Shown piece by piece: positions 52,350-63,842 of a DNA stretch of 64,000 nt. The notes under the pieces were generated by a model. The model was not told the origin of the DNA and made no database searches. It saw only the letters and a program-made list of their open reading frames with translations. Origin of the DNA: Macrostomum hystrix (Eukaryota > Animalia > Platyhelminthes); assembly GCA_950097015.1 (NCBI GenBank), contig CATNEN010000001.1:27280001-27344000 (forward strand), in the 5' to 3' direction. The first letter of the stretch is position 1; every line of letters begins with the position of its first letter. A program made the translations under genes and the position numbers.

Positions 52350-54827
52350 ATGTCTCTGGATTTCTACAACATCAGTGTTCGCTATACACTGTCCTGTTGT
52401 GCTGCTGCCATTGCAGAGACAGGTAGGGCTGCGGTTCTGCTGATTCTTTCTGATTCTAGTTTAGATTATTATTTGTTTATAAAGGAAATAATTGGTTAGT
52501 GATCATTAAACACCTTCAGTGACCTATCCGCTGGACCTGACAAAGACCCGGCTGCAGATTACCAATGAGCAGCTGCTAGCAGGAACTGTGCTCAAGTCAG
52601 AGCAGCCGCTGCCTAGTTCTTCATCAAATCGAGCTGGCATGCTGCGAACCGCATACAATATTGTGCTTGAAGAAGGTGCGCCTACTTAGTCAGTAGTATG
52701 TTTGGAGTGTGCCTGCAGTTCCTTACTGTTTGTTTTTAGTTGGTCTCAATTATCGAATTCAGTTATTTACAGAAAGAAAGTCTTGAAAGAAAGTTGTTGT
52801 TGTTAGAATTACAAAGTTTAGTTTCAGAATTCTTTGGATTTGTGAAGTAAATTTTGAGTTTTCGTGAAGTTTGAAGACAAATAAAGATTTTGTATTTGGG
52901 AAGTTTAAGGATTAATAATTGACAGATTCGGCATTTAGGAGGCTTGAGGTTTATAAAGAGTAGGATTTCGAAACAATTTAGGATTTCTATACTTTTTAGG
53001 ATTAAGATATTTAGAATCAGAAGTTTTACCCATAATCCTATGATGTTTCTTGGAAGTTGTGTCCTAATCCACTGGTTTATCACAGCAATGCCTACCTTGT
53101 CCAGGCCCTGCTCAGCTGTTCCGCGGTCTGTCACCAGCCGTGGCCCGCCACCTGGTCTACACCGGGTGCCGCACGGTATTCTACGAAGCCACTCGGGAGA
53201 ACGTCCTCGGCCGAGACGGTGAAGGCCGCTACGCAGCCTGGAAGTCGGCACTTGGCGGTCTGGCGGCTGGCGGCGCCGCTCAGTTCCTGGCTTCGCCAGC
53301 CGATCTCGTCAAGGTGAGCAGTGGTAACAGCCAGTGGTACAGTTACTCAGTCCATGTACTGAAGTCGGGGCACCAAACCTACCCGAAATTCTCTTCCACC
53401 CAAAGCTGGTACCCTGGCAGTAATAAAATAAGAATACATTTTTTGCGGGACATTTTTGCGAGAAGCAAAACTCGTTCGACCGCTCTACCACTCACCACTG
53501 CCCCAGTGTACCCTGGTGGGCATAATATAAATTTGTCTATCGTTACTTTTGTCTATTACCGTGTTAGTTTTTCTAAACAATTTTTTCTTTCAGCATATCT
53601 ACTTGAAAGCTGTGCCAATGGCATGTCAATTTAATCTCAGTAGTGCTTTGTTGAAACATTTCACACTTTTTAAATATCAGCGACTTAAATTAACGAATCT
53701 ATTTTGTACGGCTGGCCGAGCTGAAACAATGAGGAAATAAAGTATCAAATGTTGTCAGTGGCGCATATGTACGAGCGTATCGATCACCTTTGTCATCGGC
53801 CAGGTTGCCATGCAAACCGAAGGCCGCAGGCGGTTGCTGGGCCAGCCGGCTCGCTACCACAGCGGTCGGGACGCCCTTCGCCAGATTGTCCGCTCAGGGG
53901 GAGTCCTAGCTCTGTGGAAGGGCTGGCTGCCCAATGTGCAGAGGGCCTGTCTGGTCAACATGGCGGACATGATGGCCTATGATCAAAGCAAGCGAGCTCT
54001 GCTGCACCACACAGCTATGGGAGACTCCCTGCTGCTGCACGCCTGCGCGTCTGTCTGCTCGGGTTAGTGAGGCCGATCGCATTCAATAGCATAATAGTAA
54101 TATTAATAATTGCAGGAGGGCCGTTGGCAATGACACAGTTTAGGACACTAGACCCACAGCCAACGAGGAGGCAATTCTGCCTAATTCGCTGACAAGCACC
54201 CAGAGCTTTCTCTCCCAGTTTAGTGACACTAGACCCACAGCCGACGAGGAGGCAATTCTGCCTAATTCGCTGACAAGCACCCAGAGCTTTCTCTCCCAGT
54301 TTAGTGACACTAGACCCACAGCCGACGAGGAGGCAATTCTGCCTAATTCGCTGACAAGCACCCAGAGCTTTCTCTCCGCGGCAGCCAAATACCCAAAATA
54401 AATGTAGCTTCACAATGGAACCTTGTTGCCATTCAATGGCATACTGAGGCAATTGGGTTCAGAGTAGAGCAGCTTTCTCATTGTGGCACGCATTCAGGTC
54501 TGCTGGCTGCGATCCTGGGCACCCCGGCGGACCTGGTCAAGACTCGGGTGATGAACGACTCCGCTGGGCTGCTGTACAGGGGCAGCATGGACTGTCTGGT
54601 GCAGACTGTACAGCAGGAGGGCTTCTTTGCACTCTACAAAGGCTTCGTGCCGATCTGGATGCGCATGGTACGCTGATTACCTTTACTTTCTACTCTGAGT
54701 TGGCAGTTGAGCACACGTGCGCCATTCTAATTGTGTTCTCTGCTCTGCTTTGCAGGCGCCCTGGTCGCTCACATTCTGGGTGTCTTACGAGGAGATTCGT
54801 CGAGTCACCGGTCTTTCATCGTTTTAA
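52350..54827 (+). CDS. SLC25A27: Mitochondrial uncoupling protein 4 (SLC25 carrier), 6 exons, 312 aa
   Basis: Exons 52350-52422, 52520-52675, 53105-53313, 53804-54062, 54498-54667, 54756-54827; all GT-AG with consistent phases (939 nt); three carrier motifs [30 protein letters not shown]; UCP4-type [32 protein letters not shown]. Confidence 0.95.
53446..53496 (-). mobile_element. Degenerate tRNA-like head of SINE family B in UCP4 intron 3
   Basis: Revcomp GGTGAGTGGTAGAGCGGTCGAACGAGTTTTGCTTCTCGCA resembles the head of the 57372-57736 copy. Confidence 0.55.
54095..54390 (-). mobile_element. Internally deleted SINE family B derivative with an 81-bp unit triplicated, UCP4 intron 4
   Basis: Units start ~54139, 54219, 54300; each joins CGCTGAC directly to AAGCACCCAGAGCTTTCTCTCC. 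Confidence 0.85.
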
Positions 54828-55680
54828 CTCAACAAAAAATGTTTTGCCCGCAGTTTGTGGCAAAGCGAGACTAAGCCATCTTTAACTGATCAGATATTCT
54901 TATTTAAATATTGATTTCATTCTTGCTTTGTTTTCTAGGCATTTTGTTGAACTGTTCTTTCTGTAAGAGCCAATGGTAGCACGCATTAAATACTTGAAAT
55001 GGCACAGGAATTAAACTGCGACTTTCATTTAAGTTGCGCTACAATTGCTCAGCATGTTGGCAACTCTGTGGAATTGTGACAGGCATTCTACTTGCAGTAG
55101 TGTTGCTAAATTAGTATCTATCAAAGTGATTCGACCATTTTTATGTTATGCGTCTGATTTTATCTGATAAATTATTTTGTTCTGTACTTAACTATTGCAA
55201 CTATCGCTTTAATATGGATTTGCCACTTGACTAATTTACATTTTTATCATAAAAATCATTACATCATTAGATCATCAGTTGACGCACTTTTTCGCACGAA
55301 AAGTTTTTCATATCTTCCAAGTCAATCATTAATTTCAGTTTGTAATCATTTTATTAGGTCGCCTCGGCTGCTGATTTTAAAAATGGCAAAGAAAAAATAT
55401 TTTTTTTACATTGTGTCATTTGTTGTTTTGCTGCTCTATTGTAAATTGTTGTTTATTTACCAAGTGAAGGTGTTAATTACAAGCCCATTTGATTGAGCAG
55501 TGCAATATTTGCATTTGCTCCTCTGACTAGTCTCAATTTTGCTACATCAAGCCTTGCTGATTTATTTATAATCATTGGTGCTTTGTCAGGAATTATCAGA
55601 AAATGAATTTGCAGCAGCAGTCTCAAGCAACATCAGCTTAGACCCGTCTTGTCGCGCAGCCTGACTCAAACTGTTAGCCG

Positions 55681-56493
55681 TCAGTCGATTATCCAGTGGT
55701 GCTGGCGCCTGAATCTGAAACGTTGGCCATTGTAAGGGGTAGCGATGCAAATGTGCTTATTGAATTGTCCATGTATTCGTTTGCCTGTAGTCGACCCGTA
55801 GACCATTCTACTGAATCCTTGACCGGTATGTACATCTGCGGTATCTCACTGTCAGACACTGTACAACCTCACAGTGAAATGAGAACTTGTTACTGGAGCC
55901 TTGGCTCCAGTGGCTCCCGACATAATAATTATATAATAATATAATAACACAATTTCTTGACACTACTAGTAGATCAGCAAGCAAGAAGGCAGTTCTGCCC
56001 ATTTCGCTGACTCCTGAGTACACGCACACAGATGCCGAACGCAGGCATACGCTCTCACAGGTGTGTACCTCTACCCTGACTTTCTCATCGTTTGGCAGTG
56101 TACAGTCTCACTGTGCCTTGAAGGTTGGCCCTCAATGGTGTAAATTGCACGACAAGCCCCCAAGCCTTCTCTCCGTGGCTGCGCCCCAAAGAAATGTGGC
56201 CTCAGGGACTTTAGTGCGACAGGCCAACCCGTTAACTGCTCTGCCACTCACCCCCCCGACCCCATATAGTTCTCAATGTTTGGGTCTCACCTTGGCCTGC
56301 TCACGGCTGACAGGAGCTGGCTCATCTGCCGCAGGTAGTTCTCAAGCGACTCCAGATCGCTGAACGCGGCAGGCTTGGCGAATAGATGCGCGTGGCTGCC
56401 ACCAAAGCTGGCGGCTCGGCTGCTTCCGCTGAGGATGAGGAAGGCTCCGCAGAGCAGCAGCAGCAGGCAGAATGATCCAGTCTTGAGTATCAT
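55681..56493 (-). CDS. NPF: Neuropeptide F/Y-family precursor, 2 coding exons, 78 aa
   Basis: Exon 1 56493-56291: signal peptide MILKTGSFCLLLLLCGAFLILSGSSRA plus ...LENYLRQMSQLLSAVSRP-AG|GTGAGA (the conserved phase-2 NPY/NPF intron in the Arg codon); exon 2 55714-55681: TTTCAG|A TTC AGG CGC... = R F R R QHHWIID*; AATAAA on minus strand at 55561-55566. Confidence 0.85.
55922..56256 (-). mobile_element. SINE family B copy inside the NPF intron
   Basis: Aligns to 57372-57736 with B-box region deleted; AT-rich tail at left. Confidence 0.88.
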
Positions 56494-57371
56494 CGTCGGT
56501 CGGGTGCTCCGCAAATGATCCGGCTACAATTTAGAGTTCTGCAATTTCAGCCAGCCAATTCTTTCAGAGTGAGGCCACTTCAATTAGTTTTTATCCCGGT
56601 CTCGTTCTGCCTGAGTTTGGCGGACAGTGTCGACTCCCTATGCAGCAGTTTGCGGCAGTCCATCTGACAGAGCTTGGTGATGGCAGCTCAGCCAGGTTTA
56701 GCTGACAACTGGCACAACAGCACATCTGTTGTTTGTCGATCGTCACTTGCAGACACGATCGATGTTAGATGTTAACTTGATGTTAGAGTTCTTTCTTTGC
56801 AAATCTCGACCTCGAGCAGGAACCGCCTTTTGAAACAGGGAGGATTTTTTCCTCCCTGTTAGAGCGGTAGAATCACCACGGGTTGCTTCAAATACCCACA
56901 TATTTCTTATTTCTGTGTCTCCTAAAATATTCTACTAATCGACTTGCAAATTCGTTACAACTTACAGAATCAAAAAACAGCGGCCACGACGAGACATTGA
57001 AGGATAATCGTCGGGGTGTCTGGTGGCAAAAAACCACGTACAAAGGCATATTATTTTCTGCTCACAAAATTTCCTCGTGTAAACATGTCGGCTATTATTG
57101 TAGGTTATATTTTATTTATTAAATCTGTAATTTTATTAATATTAAACCAATGTGGATTCGCCAAAGGTTTATACGGAGCAATGTTAATCATCCTTGTCAC
57201 CAGCGTCTTCGACAAGAATCGCTGAACATCTCGACGATGCTGACGTCGGATGGCTTTAGAGTTTAGACGTTAGTTCATTGTATAGGGCGGAAACATTTTA
57301 TGCAAATATTGAACTTTCACGAAAATCTGTCATTCTTTTTTTGAGCCATTGTGAAGTAGGCTGTGGGTACT

Positions 57372-57736
57372 ATAATAATAATAATAATTGCAGGAGGGCT
57401 GCGGGCAATGGCACATCATTTAGTGACACTAGACCCGCAGCCAGCGAGGAGGCAATTCTGCCCATTTCGCTGACTCCTGAGCACACACGCACACAGATAC
57501 TGTACGCAGGCATACGCTCACACAGGTGTGTACATCTGCCCTGACTTTCTCATCGTCAGGCAGTGTACACTTCACTGTGTCTTGGAGGTTGGCCCTCAAG
57601 GGCGTAAATTGCACGACAAGCCCCAAAGCCTTCTCTCCGCGGCTGCGCCCCAAATAAATGTGGCCTCGCCGTGGAATCGAACTAAGGGACCGTGGTGCGA
57701 GAGGCAAACGCGTTAACCGCTCTGCCACTCACCCCC
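57372..57736 (-). mobile_element. Full-length tRNA-derived SINE family B
   Basis: Minus strand: A box TGGCAGAGCGG, B box AGTTCGATTCC, internal long hairpin, (TTA)n tail; 12-bp target-site duplication AGGCTGTGGGTA at 57358-57369 and 57737-57748. Confidence 0.93.
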
Positions 57737-58193
57737 AGGCTGTGGGTATTGAAATCCCGTGATATTCCAGTGAAATACTCCCACAGCAAGGCAGCATTCG
57801 ATAAGGGGAGGGGCAACCACAGAATAACTCAGGACCACGAGGGCCAACAGAGAGAATCGACTCTGTCTAACAGTAAAGAAGTCATGGCGGATGTACACCT
57901 TTGAGTGTACGAGCCACCTGCCTACAGTATTTGTGTGCGTGTCAGCGTGTCTGAAATAAAATATAGAAACCATGGAAAAACGAGTTTGAAATAAAAGTAA
58001 ACAAATAATTATTAACGTTGAAACGAAAAAGAGGAATGAAATTGTCAAAGACTTCAGCGTGGTTTGTTTTATTGAAAGCTCTTGGTGTTTCTGTGCACAG
58101 GCGTCCAACTTGGTCGAGTTCAAGAAAATAGAACGAATGAGAAATTGTCTCAAGAACTCAGTTCTCAGATAAGGCACATGAGCAGTCACTTTT

Positions 58194-58473
58194 TCAGTAC
58201 TCCATGCACACACTGGCTGTGCTCAGAGTGTCGTCTGTGGTGTCCTCAAGGCTGGCGTCTTTGCTGGAGGCTTGCCGGTCGTACTCAGCGAGGTTTTTTC
58301 GCATCCGCGCCACTACTTCTTCGTATATGAGCATATCAAATTGCCCCTTCGATAGTTTGGCAAGGCGGGATTTCTCCACCGCTCTGCAGGTCGCCCTACG
58401 ATTCTCGTGGAGGATGAGGGCGCCTTCGCCAAAGAAATGGTTGCATTCGAGAAATGAGTTGACCAAAAAGGAT
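58194..58473 (-). CDS. Possible terminal coding exon of an unidentified gene
   Basis: Acceptor GATTTTAG| at 58474, open non-repetitive frame SFLVNSFLECNHFFGEG...YEEVVARMRKNLAEYDRQ...CMEY*, AATAAA ~120 nt past the stop; no recognised domain. Confidence 0.3.
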
Positions 58474-58890
58474 CTAAAATCACACGATGTCAACGTCGTT
58501 TGAAGATTTGCTAGCGAGTGTCTTCGCTTCTGCAAAGTTGCTTGCAACAAACAATTTACGTCACTCCCTAAACCGACAATGGCGCTTCGATTGATCACAT
58601 TTTTCCAGAACAGATGCAGTCGCTTAAAATTCCGGTGATGACGGAAACAGTTTTTTGTTTGACACAAATCTTTAGCCTTAAGATTCTTCAACCCCACGCA
58701 AGAATAGCTGAAACATACGAGATATCCGATAATTTCCGAAGAACACGATTTGAATTTGTTTAAATCTAACTTTTATAACTTTAATCTAACTTTATGAGGA
58801 AGAAAGTTGCCTAGTTTAGTCCATATAAACATGAAACTGTTTGCCGCCAGAATATCGAAACGAGGGTGGCATCGACTCTGACGATCTCAA

Positions 58891-59936
58891 ATGAGTTTTA
58901 AGGAACTTTTATTCCTATCAGTTTGCCTTACCACGGCAGCTGCTACTGAATGAACCTTTCTTTTCTCCTACATAGGCTGCTTTTTGACATTTTTTTCCAA
59001 CCGAGACTTGAATGGACTCAAATCTGTTAGCAGGATTGGAGAACTCATCGTGACGAATGCAGCAGTAAGCAACAGCAGCAGCATGACACTTGAGTTCTGT
59101 GGCACGACTGTGGTTGGTCCGGTAGCAAAAGCCCACAGTAGTGAGTGTTAAAAGCTTACCAGTACTTGGATTTGTGCGTTGTCAGGTCTAGCGGTCCCGA
59201 AAAGAGATACAAAGGAGCGAGGTGCTAATTGATCGAGTCTGTAGTAGAGGAAGAGAGAGAGTAGTAGAGGAAGCCTGCCAGCCAATCCGCGCTCCGGATG
59301 GGGGTAGAAATTTCTGGTACAAGAATTTGAAAGAACAAAGCTGCGTAAAGCTGATTGGCTCAAAGTGTGTGGGGACAAAGACAGTCATGCAGGAGAAAGA
59401 GTGAGGAGAGCAGACGAGCTAGCCAATCAGCTCCAGGCCTAAGAGCACAAAAAGGGAGGAGGCTTAAGCCAGAGGCCAAGACAGGCCAACCGGCAAGAAC
59501 TGGCTTAGGCTAACACTGTAGGGCGAGTGCTGCCAAGGACGCAAAAAGGGAGGAGGCTTAAGCCAGAGGCCAAGACAGGCCAACCGGCAAGAACTGGCTT
59601 AGGCTAACACTGTAGGGCGAGTGCTGCCAAGGGCGCAAAAAGCTTGACTAGTTCATTCAGCCAAACGGACAGTCCTGCAGCTTTTCTTGCAATCCCCCAG
59701 ACAAGAACAGGTTCATGAGATCGGCCAGGTCAGGCCTAACAGTGATCGACTCGCAAGCCGCATTATGGGCGCTGCTTGTTCGCTCGGAAGCGGAGTGCCT
59801 GGTCCAGTGCGGTGGTCGGTACAACTGCCAGGGGGTCATTTTGTCGGATCAGCAGCTCGTCTGTCACCTGCTCGATTTCGTCTACGCGCCAGCCCACCTG
59901 AGCGCAGTCGAAGGGACAAAGTACAACCGTGGCTGA
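58891..59936 (+). pseudogene. Disrupted WSC+PAN-like paralog (copy A)
   Basis: ATG 58891 signal peptide, in-frame TGA 58951-58953, then FSYIGCF...SNRDLNGLKSVSRIGE...MTLEFCG homologous to copies B/C; WSC domain broken at ~59107 by unrelated sequence; intact exon 2 59701-59936. Confidence 0.85.
59448..59642. repeat. 94-bp direct tandem duplication within the insertion in pseudogene A
   Basis: 59448-59541 matches 59542-59635 with one mismatch. Confidence 0.9.
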
Positions 59937-60423
59937 AATTGCAGCCCTTCGGTCATGAAGAAAAATAACTGTTAGCGAAATGTCTCTATGAACTACGACA
60001 AACTAGTTCGGCGTTGAATGTTTACTTGAACAGTTAAAACTAAACTTTTCTCTGTGTGCTATAAGAGTTCTGAAAAAACTACGGCTCGTATATATAACTG
60101 CTTCGTTGTATATAAAAAAGCTAGAAAGCTAGTTACATCATTGCATTGCAATTACGATAGCTTTAAATTACAGTCGTGACTTATTAATCGTGAGTTATGG
60201 AGTCTTAATTTTTTCTCTTATACTGAAATACGATTCACTACTTGAAGTAGTACTTCGAGAGATTCCGAAGGCGACACACTACCAGACAGGGGTCTAGTGT
60301 CGATCATTTTTTAGAAAGTTGCATTTTAATGGTTAAAACAAACTTTCCTCCTAGAATATAAAAAGAGCAATGCAGAAGCATGCAGAGTTCGGTTCTCAGT
60401 TTTATTCACTGACTCGGAACGCC

Positions 60424-61134
60424 ATGCATTTCCTGACGATTTCTCTTCTAGCGGGCGCTCTGGGCTGTTCTGTGCTGGCCAGTGTAGCTGCCAGGGTTTT
60501 TGAGTTCTCCTACCTCGGCTGCTTCGTTGACAACTCAAATAGGGACTTGCGCGGGCTCTATGGAGTCAGCAGCACTGGAGAATTTCAAGTCTCTGCCGGT
60601 GTGGCAAGCAGTGCAGGCATGTCCCGTGAGTTCTGCGCCCGAGTCTGCTCCCAGGGCGGCTTTCTGTACTTCGGTGTCCAGGCGGGCTCCCAGTGCTTCT
60701 GCGGCTGGATCTACGGATCTCTCGGCGCTGCCAGAGAAATCGAATGCAGTTCCACATGCGCTGGTGACGTCACGAAAAAATGCGGAGGCTCGTGGCGCAA
60801 CTCCGTGTACGCTCTGCGCTACCCGAGTGAGCTAGTGAAAGTTTGTGAAGACTTAAAGTGCCACGATCCATGCCTTTGTTAAAAAATTACTCGTTAATTT
60901 TTAGATAAGAACTTTTTCATAATGGCTCGTGAAAGACCATTGACAACCATCACAGCAGCTTACTGGGTCCTTCCAGCCAATTCGATTGCCCAATGTCTGC
61001 TCCAGTGCGAGCCAAACTCTGACTGCCAGGCTGTGATTTTCTCTGAGCAGCAACGGCAGTGCCACCTGCTCAGTTTCGCCTACCCACCTGCTAGTCTGAG
61101 TGGCGTCCCAGGAGACTACTACCTGCGAGCCTGA
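60424..61134 (+). CDS. Secreted WSC-domain + PAN/apple-like protein (copy B), 2 exons, 210 aa
   Basis: Exons 60424-60826, 60905-61134 (phase 1, GT-AG); signal peptide; WSC YLGCFVD...C...C...YFGVQAGSQCFCG...C...C.G....CGG; C-terminal C...C.....C...F......C.L; TATAAAA at 60357. Confidence 0.9.
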
Positions 61135-61763
61135 GACTGCTACCTGCGAGCCTGAGGCTATAACTACCTGGCAGAGTGATACTACTTACTACCCGCGAGC
61201 ATGAGACTACGACCTCAAAGTGGCTGAGACGACAACTTTTCTTAAGATTTCATTTCCAAAGTTTTACCTGAAAGGAGCCCTAAATGTAATAAAACCATTA
61301 AAAACACGCTCGTGTTTCATTTTCTTTAATTGGCATATTTTCTGTTCAGATCAAAACGAGCTTCGGTTATATTTTTGCCATCGCATACTTAATGATGTTT
61401 TAGGAAATATTCAAGGTATCTTAATCAACTAAATTATTGGTTTAAAATGTAATATGAATATGCACAATGGTTGATTCATTGAAATGAAGCAAAAACTTGT
61501 GTTGCACGAGACACCCCAAGTCCCATTTCAAGCTAAGCTTCATATGCACCAGAAAAAGCCTGGGGACAATGGCTCATCTGAGTGTCAGTCTGCTGACACT
61601 GGCAGCTGCTAAACTTGACCTTGAAGCCTCACGGCACAGAAAGCACTTGACATGCTGCATTCTGAGTGCTTTGAAACAACTTCATTTCTTGAGCGCAATC
61701 AACACAGACCTCTACAAAAAGCCGGCGCTTAAGCATGCTGCTCTCAATTGTCTCGCTGCCAAC

Positions 61764-62486
61764 ATGTTGCTTAACACTCACAGCATCATCGGCCTGGCCT
61801 ACCTAACCACCGTGGCCTCCAGGCTCGTTCAGTTCACCTACATCGGCTGCTTTATGGATGGCTCTGCCCGCGATCTCACCGGACTAAGGGGACTGAGCAG
61901 CATTGGCACGTTTAGTGCTGCCAGTTTCATTGTAACTAGCGACAGCTCAATGACGCACGAGTTGTGCAGCAATGTCTGCTCTCTGGGCGGCTTCCCGTAC
62001 TTTGCAGTCCAGTCTGGCGTGCAGTGCTTCTGTGGCTCCTCTTACGGTTCCTTTGGTGCGGCCAGTGCAAACAGCTGCAGCCAAGCCTGCGCTGGAAATA
62101 CGACACAGAAGTGCGGAGGCTTCTGGCTGAACTCCGTGTTTGCGCAGTCATACCCGAGTGAGTAAAGGCTAAGATATAAAATGATAAACTCAGATTTAAA
62201 ATCTTTACTAAATGCAACGAGTTTAATTGCATAATTCGGTCGATTTTTAGACAAGAACTTCTTCGCACGAATGCAGCGGCCCTCCTCGACTGTGACGAGC
62301 AGCCTGAAAACTTTCTGGAGCAGCGCGGCTCGCAGCGACATTGAGTGCGTGGTGTTGTGCATCGCCAGCCCCGACTGCCAGGCCACAATCTACTCACCAT
62401 CGGACCTGCTCTGCCACCAGCTCAGATTCGCCTATCCACCTGCCAGCATGAATAGCATCGCTGGAAACTACTACCTGCGTGGCTGA
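61764..62486 (+). CDS. Secreted WSC-domain + PAN/apple-like protein (copy C), 2 exons, 209 aa
   Basis: Exons 61764-62157, 62251-62486; same intron position and phase as copy B; same Cys pattern. Confidence 0.9.
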
Positions 62487-62710
62487 GACTACTACCTGCG
62501 TGGCTGAGACTACTACCTGCGTGGCTGAGACTACTACCTGCGTGGCTGAGACTACTACCTGCGTGGCTGAGACTACTACCTGTGTGGCTGAGACTACTAC
62601 CTGTGTGGCTGAGACTACTAGCTGTGTGGCTGAGACTACTAGCTGTGTGGCTGAGACTACTACCTGCGTGACTGAGACTACTACCTGCGAGGCTGAGACT
62701 ACTACCTGTT
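62467..62710. repeat. 21-bp minisatellite derived from the last codons and stop of WSC gene C
   Basis: (ACTACTACCTGCGTGGCTGAG)~11. Confidence 0.93.
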
Positions 62711-63704
62711 ATAACTACCTGCCTGAGGCTATAACTACCTGGCAGAGTGATACTACTTACTAACTATCATCCTGCTTAGTTACAACGCATATACGCGAAG
62801 GCAATACTAGCTATGCAGCAAAACCTAACGATTTCCCATTTAATATTTAATTAGCTTTAAAATGCAATTATTTTGCATTTGTTCGCACGTTTTTAAAGTC
62901 TGTTAGTAACAGGCAAAAGCAAGGCTATGAGAATTCAGTCCTAGTGAAGCCTAGTGAAGTGTGGCAGAGCAACCAGAATAATTTGTTGAGTTGGTCCTGA
63001 GAAAGTTGAGGGGGGAATTTACTGCACATGAAACAATAGCCTTTAAGCAGACGCAGCCTTCGTTGAACGGATGGCTGGCTCACGACCTTGTCAATCCTTT
63101 CATTAAAAAAACAAAGAAAACTTTTTTCAAATATTCTCAACGGACTCTTATAAATGCATGTGATGTGTGTTCGTCAAGACACGTTTATTGTGCGTATTTA
63201 GTGCATTGGCAAGTTCAAAGGTTCTTAATGAATCTGAAAGTATTCTCGAGGTCTTCAAAGGAAAGGGAAGATAGATCAACGCCATAGACATAACTGTAAC
63301 AGCTTGAGCTTGTGAGAGAATGTTGACATTTGAAAAGTCTGTGGTTGAAACCACAGCAAACGAACTTGTGGGGAAAAGTACAACAGAGAGGGATTGATCG
63401 ATACCTATAACGCCAAACAAGACCAACGCTAAAAGTGGGCTTCAATGCACAACAGCATGCTCCTATTTGACTACTGACAGTACAATTAGCAGGGTAGCTT
63501 GCGTACGAGTAGATAGATAGAAAGTATTTAGTAACTGTAGTTAGTTCAGTACCCGCCCACAGCTCAACGCTGTGGAGGGGAGGGTGAAAATCACCAGCCA
63601 ATCCGCTCGTCGGACGGGGTAGGGCGGATCGGCTGCACACAAGGCTAGGTAATACCGAGGAGGGGGAGGGCGAGACTCACCAGCCAATCAACACGCGGGA
63701 CGCA

Positions 63705-63842
63705 GACACATCTGAGTGAGTGTGCCTGCTTACAGTATATGTGTGCGTTTGTGTTCAGGAGTCAGCACAATAGGCAGAATCGCCTGCTCTTTTGTCACCA
63801 AATGATGTGCCCACAACCCTCCTGCAATTACAAAAAATAATA
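63705..63842 (+). mobile_element. Degenerate 3' part of SINE family B
   Basis: TGCCTGCTTACAGTATATGTGTGCG...CAGGAGTCAGC...GGCAGAAT...TGTCAC.AAATGATGTGCC...CCCTCCTGCAATTA matches the family B 3' end. Confidence 0.75.

Noticed and set aside
57530-57572. Minus-strand CUGACGA-UGA-GAAA-GUC in SINE B resembling a hammerhead core
   Set aside because: No stem II or III can form; CUGAC simply pairs with GUCAG in a long hairpin, and the 35.5-kb copy reads CUGCCGA
58951-58953. In-frame TGA as selenocysteine or readthrough
   Set aside because: Non-conserved position next to the signal peptide, and the gene is independently truncated, so a pseudogene lesion is more parsimonious
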